A stretch of 25,778 nt of DNA from Candidatus Hermodarchaeota archaeon (lineage in GTDB: Archaea; Asgardarchaeota; Thorarchaeia; Thorarchaeales; Thorarchaeaceae), in the NCBI GenBank assembly GCA_048885865.1, contig JBHLLF010000019.1, forward strand, positions 14,299 through 40,076, written 5' to 3'. The notes beneath the pieces were generated by a model. That model saw only the letters and a program-made list of their open reading frames with translations. It was not told the DNA's origin and searched no databases. The translations under genes and the position numbers were made by a program. Of this stretch, positions 1 to 9,363 are shown piece by piece. Every line of letters begins with the position of its first letter. Within the stretch, counting starts at the first letter, position 1.

Positions 1-1508
1 ACTGTGGCCTCAATCTCCACTTCTCCACGAGCCATCAGACCTACTGCCTTTGCAGCTGCTCCACTTGCGTCAGTTATCGCCTCGGCGGCACTCTTTGCAG
101 CTTGGGCACCACCAGCTATCATTACGCCGGCGGTGTGAGTAGTGAGTGGAGCCAGTTTCACATGCTCAGGATTGAAGAAGCCATCGGGACTTCTAGTGAG
201 ACTAAAGACCTTTGAAATATCTTCAGCTCCCTCTGGCGGAATCAACGCCGAGGCCAGCACCAGCAGGTCAGGCTTCAGTACCAAGTCATCGTCCGAGAAT
301 ACATCATGCCAGTGTAGGATAAGCTCCCCATCGACGACCTCTGGCCGTGGCTTTTGCTCAGGTGGGAACTTGCTGTAAATGACATGCTTAGCCCTGGCTT
401 CTCTGTGAATCTCTTCGTGCCCCTTTCCGTAGGTTCGAAGGTCTTCATAGAGAATGAGTATCTCATCGACCTCATCCTTAAGCTCACTTGCAGACTTCGC
501 GATTGCTGTGCAGCACACTCGTGAGCAATGCTCGTGTCCCTTGATGCCAGCTTCACGTGAACCCACGCAGCCAATGAACGCTACAGTCTTTGGTGCTTTT
601 CCATCGCTTGGTTTCAACACCTCGCCCTTGAGTCGCATCTCCTCTAGCTCTGATAATGTCACAATATCAGGATGCTGCCCATAGGCATAGTATCCATCTG
701 GCTTGAAGGGCTGGATTCCTGTGGCTACAATTATAGTTCCTATTCTGTAGGTTGCATCTTTCCCGTTTGTGTTTACTGTAATGTCAAAGTTGCCGATATA
801 CCCATCAAGATCAGTGACAGTTGAGTCTGTCAACACCTTGATATTGTCATGTTTCTGGATTCGCTTAATCAGCTGGTCCGCCAGAACGTCTCCCTTCTCA
901 TTAGTTGGGTAGACACTCGCTAGCTTTGCTACCTGTCCCCCGAGCTTCGATTCACGCTCGACAAGTATTGCATCAAAGCCTCGATCGGCGATATCAAGAG
1001 CGGCACGCATTCCTGTGACTCCGCCTCCCACAATCAGGGTAATTGGTGCCACCTCAACGCTCTTGACTGGCAATGCCTCAAGTAGCGCAGCACGTGCAAC
1101 TGACATTCTCACAAGATCCTTGGCCTTCTCTGTCGCCTCCTCCGGTTGCCGCATATGGCACCAAGACACATGTTCTCGGAGATTGACCTGATCGAATAGG
1201 TATCGATTTACATCTGCTTCCTCGACCACTCTCCTGAACGTAGGCTCGTGCATTCTCGGGCTACAGCTCGCTACAACCACACGGTTCAGATTATACTCCT
1301 TGATACTGTCCTTGATGAGCTGCTGTCCTGAGTCTGCACACATGAACATCGTTGATGTAGAGAACGCTACATGAGGCAAACTCTCGGCGCTCTTGGCTAC
1401 AGCCTCCACATCGACTGTACCTGCAATATTGTGTCCACACATGCAGACGAATACACCAATTCTTGGCACATCGGCTGCAGCATCTATTCCAGCTTCTGCT
1501 TCAGTCAC
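1..1508 (-). CDS. hdrA: Heterodisulfide reductase subunit A-like protein (HdrA''/QmoB-like; has the N-terminal domain, lacks the inserted ferredoxin domain); truncated by the window edge
   Basis: Not in the ORF track because it has no stop inside the window. Manual translation from GTG at 1508 (GTGA overlap with the upstream stop) is open for 502 codons: RIGVFVCMCGHNIAGTVD, VVASCSPRMHEPTF, NLREHVSWCH, IVGGGVTGMRAALD, GTIIVATG, FIGCVGSRE...HCSRVCC, DGFFNPEHVKLAP. Confidence 0.93.
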   Translation of the reverse strand, partial: MTEAEAGIDAAADVPRIGVFVCMCGHNIAGTVDVEAVAKSAESLPHVAFSTSTMFMCADSGQQLIKDSIKEYNLNRVVVASCSPRMHEPTFRRVVEEADVNRYLFDQVNLREHVSWCHMRQPEEATEKAKDLVRMSVARAALLEALPVKSVEVAPITLIVGGGVTGMRAALDIADRGFDAILVERESKLGGQVAKLASVYPTNEKGDVLADQLIKRIQKHDNIKVLTDSTVTDLDGYIGNFDITVNTNGKDATYRIGTIIVATGIQPFKPDGYYAYGQHPDIVTLSELEEMRLKGEVLKPSDGKAPKTVAFIGCVGSREAGIKGHEHCSRVCCTAIAKSASELKDEVDEILILYEDLRTYGKGHEEIHREARAKHVIYSKFPPEQKPRPEVVDGELILHWHDVFSDDDLVLKPDLLVLASALIPPEGAEDISKVFSLTRSPDGFFNPEHVKLAPLTTHTAGVMIAGGAQAAKSAAEAITDASGAAAKAVGLMARGEVEIEAT

Positions 1509-4243
1509 TTTACTTCACCTCCCCTCGAGAGGACAATAGTTGCCCTCATCGCTGCTGCACTCCCAGCTGCAACTGAGTCTGGAATGTCTTTCGGTCCATC
1601 AGAGCATCCGCATGTGTAGATGCCATCTACATCTGCATCAACTGGGTACAGCAACGGGTGTTCAACCTTCACGTATCCATCATTATCAAGTTCAATTCCA
1701 ATGTCATCTGCGAGAATTTGCATGCCTTGTGAAGGTTGGATTCCTCCACTCAAAACGATTAGATCATGCTTGTTCTGCAGGAACTTCAAATCCTCTGTGT
1801 CCTCAACACGAACAATGGCTTTCTCATCCTCGGTCTCCACTACTTCAGCGACTCTGCCTCTGATGAATTTGACTCCAAATCGTGTCTTAGCCATCTCTAG
1901 GAACTCCTCGAAGCCTTTCCCAAATGCTCTAATGTCAGCATAGTAGACGGTGACATCCACATCAGGATCATGCTCCTTGGCCATTACCGCGTTTTTGATA
2001 GAATACATACAACATACTCTTGAACAATTAGGTACTCCTTTGTTCAAATCTCTCGCGCCAACACAGTTGATGAACCCTATTGACTCAGGCGCTTTGCCAT
2101 CACTCAGACGAACTAGATGGCCCGCTGTCGGTCCAGCTGCATTGATCAGGCGCTCGTATTCCATTGCAGTGATCACATTGGGATGTGTCTCATAGCCTAA
2201 ACGCGGATACTCTTTGACATCAAATAGCTTGTAGCCAGTTGACATCACGATTGCGCCCACTTCAAGTTCAATTATTTCATCTTTCTGACTGTGATCAATA
2301 GCTTCACGTTGACATGCTTCAACGCATTCCATACACTCAGAGCACACGGTACAGTTCAGACAACGCCCGGCTTCGAAAATTGCAGTTTCAGCATCAAAGC
2401 CAGTTTCTACCTCCTTGAAGGTTGTCCTTCTGTTGTAGATTGAAATCTTTGGCATTGGTGCTCGTGGATGAACTCCAAACCGTGCTTTTCTGACATCGTC
2501 TGAAGCAAATTCAAGAAAGGTCTCGGGGCGACCTGATTTCAAATCCTCACCTTGGAGGAATCGATGAATTGACTCAGCAGCGGCATTGCCTTGACCTACA
2601 GCCTCGACTACAAGTCCAGGACCAGTAGCTAAATCGCCACCAGCAAAGACATTTTCCATGCTTGTTTGGAGAGTGACGGGGTCGACCACTGGAGTTCCCC
2701 ACTCTGTCACTTCCAATTCAGCATGAGGGCCTTTTGGATCAGCACGCTGACCAATTGCAATGACCATGTTCTCGAATGGAATCGAGAACTCTGATCCAGG
2801 AATTGGTATTGGTCGTCTTCTCCCTGAGTCATCAGGCTCCCCGAGTTTCATCTCAATGCAAGTAACTCCCACGAGTCTCCCCTTGGATTCAATGCATTCT
2901 ACTGGGTTGGTCAGAACTTTCAGTTCGATGCCTTCCTCGAGTGCATCATCGATTTCCGAGTGAATTGCAGGCATCTCTGCTCTCGACCTACGGTAGATGA
3001 TAGTCACATTCTTAACGCCCAGTCGCTTCGCCACTCGAGCTGCATCGATGGCTGCGTTGCCTCCACCAATAACAGCTACATTATAGCCAAGGCGGACTTT
3101 TTCTCCACGGTTGACTCTATCAAGGAAATCAATTGCATGATATACTCCATTTGAATCCTCATTCTTTATTCTTAGTTTGGAGCTAATTGGAGCACCAGTG
3201 CCGAGAAACACAGCTTTGAAGCCTTTGTTGAGAAGACTCTTGATTGAAGTAATTTCCTTTCCGTACAGAATCTTGACACCCATGTCCTCAACTATCTTGA
3301 TTTCATTGGCGAGTACATCTCTTGGGAGTCGATGCGCAGGAATTCCATACCGAAGCAAGCCCCCGGCCTCTTCCCGCTTCTCGAAAATAGTGACTGGGTA
3401 GCCGAGTCTAGCCAGCTTCTCAGCGCATGCAATACCCGCAGGGCCAGCTCCAATGACAGCAACTCTGTCTTTTTTGTCTATGACAGGAGCATCTACCTTG
3501 TAGACACCTTGTTCGCGCTCGTTGTCATAGAGCCATCGGTGTAGATTCCGTATACTGACAGGATCATCAACGGAGCTTCGCTCACACTTCTCTTCACAGA
3601 GCGCGGGGCATACGCGGCCAAGAGAGCCTGGAAATGGGATTGCATCCCTGACCAGCCTCAGTGCCTTTTCATTCTCTCCTCTTCGCATCAGAGCTGTGAA
3701 ACCTTGAGGATTCACATGTGCTGGGCAATTGGTATAACAAGGCGCATGGCCACGCTTGTCGATAGTGTGCGTGTTCGGGGTTGCTTGCGGAAAGGGGATA
3801 TAGATTGCTTTCCTGAATCCGATTCCTTGGTCGAACTCGTTGGGAACCTCTATTGGACAATCAGATACGCAGTCTCCGCAACCATTGCACTTCTCCTCGT
3901 CTACATACCGAGCCTTTCTAAGCACCTTCACCTTGAAGGCCCCTGCACTTCCTTTTACTTCCTGGACCTCACTATAGGTTAGCAAGTCGATGTTTGGATG
4001 GTGCTGCACTTCACTAAGTCGAGGTGTTAAGATGCATGCTGAGCAGTCTAAGGTAGGGAATGTCTTGTCGATCATGGCCATTCGCCCGCCGATACTGCTT
4101 GACTTCTCTAGCAAATACACCTTGTAGTTTTGGTCGGCAATGTCCAGAGCGGCTTGCATTCCTGCAACACCACCGCCCACTACAAGGGCATTTTCAGACC
4201 ACTTGCCTTTCACAGCTCTAGTCCTTGATTTGGACAGGGTCAC
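1505..4243 (-). CDS. hdrA: HdrA'-type FAD/Fe-S subunit with an inserted GltD/NfnB-like NAD(P)H-binding module (HdrL-like); lacks the HdrA N-terminal domain and C-terminal ferredoxin
   Basis: GGGVAGMQAALD, DKTFPTLDCSACIL, CxxCxxCxxxCP, CVGARD...CSRVCC, PKDIPDSV. Insert at about 2350-3760 has PCYTNCP, LGRVCPALCEEKC, GAGPAG, GGLLRYGIP, GGGNAAIDAAR, YRRS, VFAGGD, EAGRCLNC. Confidence 0.93.
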   Translation of the reverse strand: MTLSKSRTRAVKGKWSENALVVGGGVAGMQAALDIADQNYKVYLLEKSSSIGGRMAMIDKTFPTLDCSACILTPRLSEVQHHPNIDLLTYSEVQEVKGSAGAFKVKVLRKARYVDEEKCNGCGDCVSDCPIEVPNEFDQGIGFRKAIYIPFPQATPNTHTIDKRGHAPCYTNCPAHVNPQGFTALMRRGENEKALRLVRDAIPFPGSLGRVCPALCEEKCERSSVDDPVSIRNLHRWLYDNEREQGVYKVDAPVIDKKDRVAVIGAGPAGIACAEKLARLGYPVTIFEKREEAGGLLRYGIPAHRLPRDVLANEIKIVEDMGVKILYGKEITSIKSLLNKGFKAVFLGTGAPISSKLRIKNEDSNGVYHAIDFLDRVNRGEKVRLGYNVAVIGGGNAAIDAARVAKRLGVKNVTIIYRRSRAEMPAIHSEIDDALEEGIELKVLTNPVECIESKGRLVGVTCIEMKLGEPDDSGRRRPIPIPGSEFSIPFENMVIAIGQRADPKGPHAELEVTEWGTPVVDPVTLQTSMENVFAGGDLATGPGLVVEAVGQGNAAAESIHRFLQGEDLKSGRPETFLEFASDDVRKARFGVHPRAPMPKISIYNRRTTFKEVETGFDAETAIFEAGRCLNCTVCSECMECVEACQREAIDHSQKDEIIELEVGAIVMSTGYKLFDVKEYPRLGYETHPNVITAMEYERLINAAGPTAGHLVRLSDGKAPESIGFINCVGARDLNKGVPNCSRVCCMYSIKNAVMAKEHDPDVDVTVYYADIRAFGKGFEEFLEMAKTRFGVKFIRGRVAEVVETEDEKAIVRVEDTEDLKFLQNKHDLIVLSGGIQPSQGMQILADDIGIELDNDGYVKVEHPLLYPVDADVDGIYTCGCSDGPKDIPDSVAAGSAAAMRATIVLSRGGEVK

Positions 4244-5154
4244 TTCTTTGCCTCCTGCTCTCGGCGGATGACCTTGGACTCGATTCTATGAGCGAACTCG
4301 AGCAAGACATCAGGGCTAATCTTGTTCAGGGGCATACCAAGGGTTTCTTCGTCGATGCCCATTGCAGCTCCCATGAACTGAGGTAGCGTGATAATAGGGA
4401 TGCGATCTTTTGGCTCTCCACCTTCGCCAAATTGAACCTGAGTCAACTGAATGTTACAGAAGACACAGGCGGTCACAACTCCCTTGGCTCCGGCAGCTTT
4501 GACATTTCTTATTTTTTCAGCTCCAATCTTAGTGGCTACCTCCTCATCCATAGCAAGCATTGGACCCCCGCAGCATCGAACCTTTCCAGCATAATCAACG
4601 GCATCAGCACCGCAAGCTTCAATGATGTCGTCAATGATTCTCGGTACTTCAGGATCATCAACTTTCACTATTTCAGCTGGACGAGTCACATGGCAACCAT
4701 AATGAGCAGCCAAAGCAACTCCGTGATAAGGTTGGACTACAGCGCTCTTTATTGCATCATAGCCCACGTCATCTCGAAGTATCTGAAGAATGTGCTTAAC
4801 CTCAACTTTTCCGGTGTATTCTAGACCTTCTTCAGCGAGGAGATCATTGACTTCTTCTTTGAGTTCCGGTTCGGTGTCAAGCATGTGCTTCACATGCTTC
4901 AAAGAACCAGAACAAGCTCCACAGACTGCGATAATATCTTTGTCGAATCGCTCTGCAACTGCCAAAATGCGACCACTCATGGCTGCGAACGCAGGTCTAC
5001 TCAATGATTCAATATATTGAGCTCCACAGCAGTTGACATCCTTCATATGGTGCGCATTTATGTCTAGATGCTTCAATATCGCCATGGTAGCAGCCTCATA
5101 GGCAGGAAGTCTGACAGGTGTGGTACAGGCGACATACACAAAATAATCGCTCAT
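4240..5154 (-). CDS. hdrB: Heterodisulfide reductase subunit B (two CCG domains)
   Basis: C...NCCG...CGAC and HYGCH...RCCGG...ACVFC; lies between hdrC and hdrA with 4-bp overlaps. Confidence 0.93.
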   Translation of the reverse strand: MSDYFVYVACTTPVRLPAYEAATMAILKHLDINAHHMKDVNCCGAQYIESLSRPAFAAMSGRILAVAERFDKDIIAVCGACSGSLKHVKHMLDTEPELKEEVNDLLAEEGLEYTGKVEVKHILQILRDDVGYDAIKSAVVQPYHGVALAAHYGCHVTRPAEIVKVDDPEVPRIIDDIIEACGADAVDYAGKVRCCGGPMLAMDEEVATKIGAEKIRNVKAAGAKGVVTACVFCNIQLTQVQFGEGGEPKDRIPIITLPQFMGAAMGIDEETLGMPLNKISPDVLLEFAHRIESKVIRREQEAKK

Positions 5155-5678
5155 TCGAACACACCTCCAGAGAAATACCTCTTCCTCACTCTATGTGCAA
5201 ATTCTTTATCCCAACCCAAGTCGGTGTCAAGTCCCAGATCTTGTCTGTCGTCCTCAATAAAGTCGGAATATGAGTCACCCAACATCCAACCGTCACTGAG
5301 AACTTTATCCACGATATTCTTGAATACCTCTGGGATATGTCCTTCCCGAGCAGCTATATGCCGGACAGCCTTGAATATCTCAGCCGGGCTCACACCTTCC
5401 TGACATCTCTCTTCACACATTCTACAGGTCATGCAGAGCCATTGAAGTTCGCTCTGCAAGACTTCATCCCTCTTTCCAATAATGATCTTCTGAATCAGCT
5501 GACGAGGGCGATATCTTTCTGAATAGGAAGCTACTGCACAAGAGGCAGTACAGATACCGCACTGAATGCATTTGTTAATGCCTTCGCCGCCAGGTTCAGC
5601 TGCAACTTCTTTAGCGAAATCAGAAGAAGGGGTATGTTCATTTTCAGTTCCTTTATTGGACTCTGTTCGAGCACCCAT
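5151..5678 (-). CDS. hdrC: Heterodisulfide reductase subunit C (2x[4Fe-4S])
   Basis: CIQCGICTASC and WLCMTCRMCEERC; GAGGT ribosome-binding site upstream of the ATG; directly upstream of hdrB. Confidence 0.93.
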   Translation of the reverse strand: MGARTESNKGTENEHTPSSDFAKEVAAEPGGEGINKCIQCGICTASCAVASYSERYRPRQLIQKIIIGKRDEVLQSELQWLCMTCRMCEERCQEGVSPAEIFKAVRHIAAREGHIPEVFKNIVDKVLSDGWMLGDSYSDFIEDDRQDLGLDTDLGWDKEFAHRVRKRYFSGGVFE

Positions 5679-5885
5679 GTTTGGTCGACCTCTTCCAGAC
5701 AGATTCTTCGGTTCATTCCACCTGTAATCTCGGGGAACTTCCCCTTATCCGTCTGTAATTTGTGGTGGAATTCCAGTTACAGGATGTGCCGACTCTCCTC
5801 CAGAGTGATTATATGTTTACTGTCTTCGAGGAGTAAGTATCTCGTTCATCTTGGTTTTGTATAATGAACATCAGGACTTCACTTT

Positions 5886-5902
5886 ATGTTCGATATCGAC
5901 AT
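5886..5902. promoter_or_regulatory. Palindromic putative operator ATGTTCGATATCGACAT upstream of the second hdr operon
   Basis: Perfect 10-bp core TCGATATCGA. The 13-mer ATGTTCGATATCG is identical to the one upstream of the other hdr operon (13126-13138). Confidence 0.6.
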
Positions 5903-5984
5903 TATCGCCTAAATTCATGAAATCGATGCTTTTTGGAACATTTTTGTCCTATTTTTCCTCCCAATCCTATGAGTGGACAGCCGG

Positions 5985-8900
5985 CTACATACCTCTAGAC
6001 GCAGTTTCGATCATTGGCATGAGTTGAAATGTCCTATAGTGTTTCATATCTATGGCGTTCTGTGGACAAGCGGCGCTGCAAGTACCACAGCCTTGACACT
6101 GCTCACGTGCAATCATCATGATCCCATCTTCAAGCCTTGGAGCTCCATATGGACAGACATCAGCACACAGCTCACATTTAATGCAGCTATCAGTGTCAAT
6201 CTCTGCGTAGATGGGCTCTATATCGAATTTTCCAGGACCCATCAATGCCTGTGCCTTAGCTGCAGCGGCCTCTCCCATAGCCACAGCCTTTGCTATGTCC
6301 ATCGGACCAAGGCAAGCTCCAGCAACAAAAACACCATCTTGGAATGACTCCACCGGCCTTAGTTTCGGATGAGCACAGAGAAAGTATCCGTACTGATCAG
6401 TTGTCATCTTCAACATGCGTGCCATTTCGGGATTCTCAGGTTGTGGATGCAATGCTGTCGCCAAAACCACTAGGTCATAAGTGAGTCCGATGTTCATTCC
6501 AGTGTAGAGATCTTCAGCATAGACCTGAATCTTGTCCTCTCTCTGGTCATGCTCCAACTCAGATGCCCTACCCTTAACAATATTGACGCCCATCTCACGT
6601 GCTCTTTGGTAGAGTTCTTCATATCCAATTCCATGAGTCCGAATATCCATTGTGTATATCGTTACATCGGTATCAGGATACTTCTCCTTGACCTGAGTTG
6701 CCTGCTTCAAAGAGTTTTCACACCCAACATAGCAGCAATAGTCCCTATCGAATCTCGCATCACGCGACCCCACACACTGAAGGAATGCAATACTGGTTGG
6801 GATTCTTTCATCAGAAGGTCGCTTTATCTTACCATGAGTCGGACCAGCTGCATTTGTCAATCGTTCGAACTGTGCATTAGTAATTACATGAGGCAGAATT
6901 CCATAACCATACTCACGAGTGTCCACTGGTTCATATGATTGGGACCCAGTAGTAACGATAATGGTTCCTACATTTCGATTCAGAAGTTGATCAGTCATTT
7001 TGTGGTCTATAGCATTCGGCTTGCATACGTCGACACATTGATTGCATTCACAACATACTGCACAACTCATACATCTTTCAGCCTCAGCTAGCGCTCTCTT
7101 CTCTTCAAATCCGAGTTCGACTTCAGCAAAGCTATTCTTCCGCTTTCCTACGCTTAGCACTGGCATAGCATTTCTGGGGTATACCTGAATCCCATCCTTA
7201 ATGATGAGATCCTCAGGCACAGGAGATGGTTCTTCTCCCCTTCCCAGAGCAAGATCCTCTCCAGTTAGGAATCTATCAATGGAGATGGCTGCCTCTTTGC
7301 CCGCTCCTATCGCTTCAACGACAGTAGCAGGTCCCGTAACCACATCGCCACCCGCAAAGACACCTTTCTTACTTGTCTGATAAGTGAGCTCGTCAACAAC
7401 AACAGTGCCCCACTTGCTAAGCTCTAGTCCCTTCAAAGGACCTTTTGGATCGACTAGCTGACCAATCGCAATGATGATGTCGTCAACCTTCAAATCAAAT
7501 TCCGAGTCTGGGATTGGAATAGGACGCCTTCTCCCTGAAGCATCAGGTGCACCCAACCGCATCTGAATACATTGGATCCCTGTCACTCTGCCTCCGGTTT
7601 CGAGTATCTCCACAGGAGAGGATAGAATCTTTATCTTAATGCCTTCTCGTTCAGCTTCATCTATCTCGCTGCGGATTGCAGGCATCTCATCCCTTGACCG
7701 ACGATAAACGATAGTGACTTGATTTACACCTAAGCGCTTTGCACTTCTAGCCGCATCGATAGCGGCATTCCCCCCGCCAATAATAACAACATTTTCACCA
7801 AGAGTGACCTTCTTTCCTTGATTGATTCGATTCAAGAAGTCAAGAGCATGATGGACGCCTTTCGCGTCTTCTCCGTTCACTCTCAACCTGCTACTCAATG
7901 ATGCACCAGTCGCCAGAAACACAGCCTTAAAGCCCTCTTTCTTTAGATCAGCAAGAGATTCCACATTCACTCCAGTCTTTATTTCGACACCTAGAGATTC
8001 AACCGCTGCAATCTCCTCTCTAAGAATATCTCTTGGAAGACGGTACTCCGGGATCCCAAATCGTAGCAAGCCGCCTGGCTCAGTTTTTGCTTCGAAGACC
8101 GTGACAGGATAGCCTAATCTAACCAAATCGTACGCACAAGCTATGCCAGCAGGGCCCGCACCAACTATCGCCACCTTCTTCTTTTTGGTTGGCACGATTG
8201 GTGCCAATGGCGCCTCACCCTTATCGCGAGCGTTGTCAGCCAAGAAGCGATGAAGGTTCCGAATGGACAATGGCTCGTCGATTGACGCTCGTTCGCAGTT
8301 CTCTTCACAAGGACTGGTGCAGACTCTACCTAGAGAACCCGGGAATGGATTTGACTCTTGAAAGATTTCTAATGCCTTGTCGAGGTTCTTTTCACGCATC
8401 AGTGTGATGAACGCATGGCCATTGACTCCTGCTGGACATGCTATCCGGCAAGAAGCAGTGCCTCTCTTATCAATGGTGAACGTGTTGGGTACTGCCTGCG
8501 GAAATGGTCGATAGATTGCCTTCCTATCAGCCAGACCATATTCGTATTCATTCTTCACCCGAACGGGGCATACTGGTTCACACTCGCCGCATCCATTGCA
8601 AGTATTAGCATCAACATAGCCTGCTTTCTTTCTAATTGAGAGTTTGAAATCACCCACATGTCCATCAACCTTCTCCAGCTCACTATACGCAAGGAGGTCT
8701 ATCTCAGGATGCCGCTCTACTGACGCCATGATGGGTCCAAGAATACAGATTGCACAGTCATTTTGCGGAAATACCTTATCTAAGAGAGCCATCTGTCCAC
8801 CTATAGTCGGACGCTTCTCAATGAGAGTGACCGGATAGCCAGCGTTAGCCAGGTCTAAAGACGCTGATATTCCAGCAACTCCTCCACCCAATACAGCCAC

Positions 8901-9359
8901 TCGAGGTATGATTACTACTGATTCCATTTCCAGTGACTCAAGTTCACGAGCACGTGCAATAGCCATCTCTACAAGGTGCTTTGCTTTTTCAGTCGCCTTT
9001 TCTTTTTCATCCATATGACACCATGAAACATGTTCCCGAATGTTCACCATCTCAAAGAGGAATCGATTTAGCCCAACCTCTTCAATTGTCTTTCGAAACA
9101 CAGGTTCATGTGTCCTAGGTGTACATGATGCAACTATGACTCGATTGATATTATGCTCCTCAATGCTCTCCTTTATTGACTTGAGACCGTCTGAAGAGCA
9201 AGTAAACATGAGGTCACCGCTGAAGACTACGTTTGGAAGATCTTTGATATGATCACGAACAGCTTCTACGTCAACAGTCCCTGCAATGTTTAGGCCACAA
9301 TGGCAAGTCCAAATGCCAATTCGTACATCATCGCTTTTGTCAACCGTCATCTTATTCAT
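5985..9359 (-). CDS. hdrA: Full-length HdrA with an inserted GltD/NfnB-like NAD(P)H-binding module (HdrL-type), about 1124 aa
   Basis: N-domain RIGIWTCHCGLNIAG / VASCTPRTHEP, FAD motif GGGVAGIS, NDCAICIL, insert at about 7060-8470 (CRIACP, LGRVCTSPCEENC, GAGPAG, GGGNAAID, YRRS, EAERCMSC), C-terminal CIKCELCADVCP...CQGCGTCSAACP. Start moved from 9416 to ATG 9359 (9350 also possible) to avoid a 53-bp overlap with the upstream gene. Confidence 0.93.
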   Translation of the reverse strand: MNKMTVDKSDDVRIGIWTCHCGLNIAGTVDVEAVRDHIKDLPNVVFSGDLMFTCSSDGLKSIKESIEEHNINRVIVASCTPRTHEPVFRKTIEEVGLNRFLFEMVNIREHVSWCHMDEKEKATEKAKHLVEMAIARARELESLEMESVVIIPRVAVLGGGVAGISASLDLANAGYPVTLIEKRPTIGGQMALLDKVFPQNDCAICILGPIMASVERHPEIDLLAYSELEKVDGHVGDFKLSIRKKAGYVDANTCNGCGECEPVCPVRVKNEYEYGLADRKAIYRPFPQAVPNTFTIDKRGTASCRIACPAGVNGHAFITLMREKNLDKALEIFQESNPFPGSLGRVCTSPCEENCERASIDEPLSIRNLHRFLADNARDKGEAPLAPIVPTKKKKVAIVGAGPAGIACAYDLVRLGYPVTVFEAKTEPGGLLRFGIPEYRLPRDILREEIAAVESLGVEIKTGVNVESLADLKKEGFKAVFLATGASLSSRLRVNGEDAKGVHHALDFLNRINQGKKVTLGENVVIIGGGNAAIDAARSAKRLGVNQVTIVYRRSRDEMPAIRSEIDEAEREGIKIKILSSPVEILETGGRVTGIQCIQMRLGAPDASGRRRPIPIPDSEFDLKVDDIIIAIGQLVDPKGPLKGLELSKWGTVVVDELTYQTSKKGVFAGGDVVTGPATVVEAIGAGKEAAISIDRFLTGEDLALGRGEEPSPVPEDLIIKDGIQVYPRNAMPVLSVGKRKNSFAEVELGFEEKRALAEAERCMSCAVCCECNQCVDVCKPNAIDHKMTDQLLNRNVGTIIVTTGSQSYEPVDTREYGYGILPHVITNAQFERLTNAAGPTHGKIKRPSDERIPTSIAFLQCVGSRDARFDRDYCCYVGCENSLKQATQVKEKYPDTDVTIYTMDIRTHGIGYEELYQRAREMGVNIVKGRASELEHDQREDKIQVYAEDLYTGMNIGLTYDLVVLATALHPQPENPEMARMLKMTTDQYGYFLCAHPKLRPVESFQDGVFVAGACLGPMDIAKAVAMGEAAAAKAQALMGPGKFDIEPIYAEIDTDSCIKCELCADVCPYGAPRLEDGIMMIAREQCQGCGTCSAACPQNAIDMKHYRTFQLMPMIETASRGM

Positions 9360-9363
9360 CTCT

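Noticed and set aside
1505-1508. Possible frameshift splitting one HdrA into two genes
   Set aside because: Both ORFs have their own FAD-binding core, so they are separate paralogs rather than fragments.
5817-5918. Short minus-strand frame MNLGDNVDIEHKVKS-TGA-CS... suggesting a Sec-Cys peptide
   Set aside because: No ribosome-binding site at a proper distance, no recognisable family, no SECIS identified, and it overlaps the operator/promoter region.
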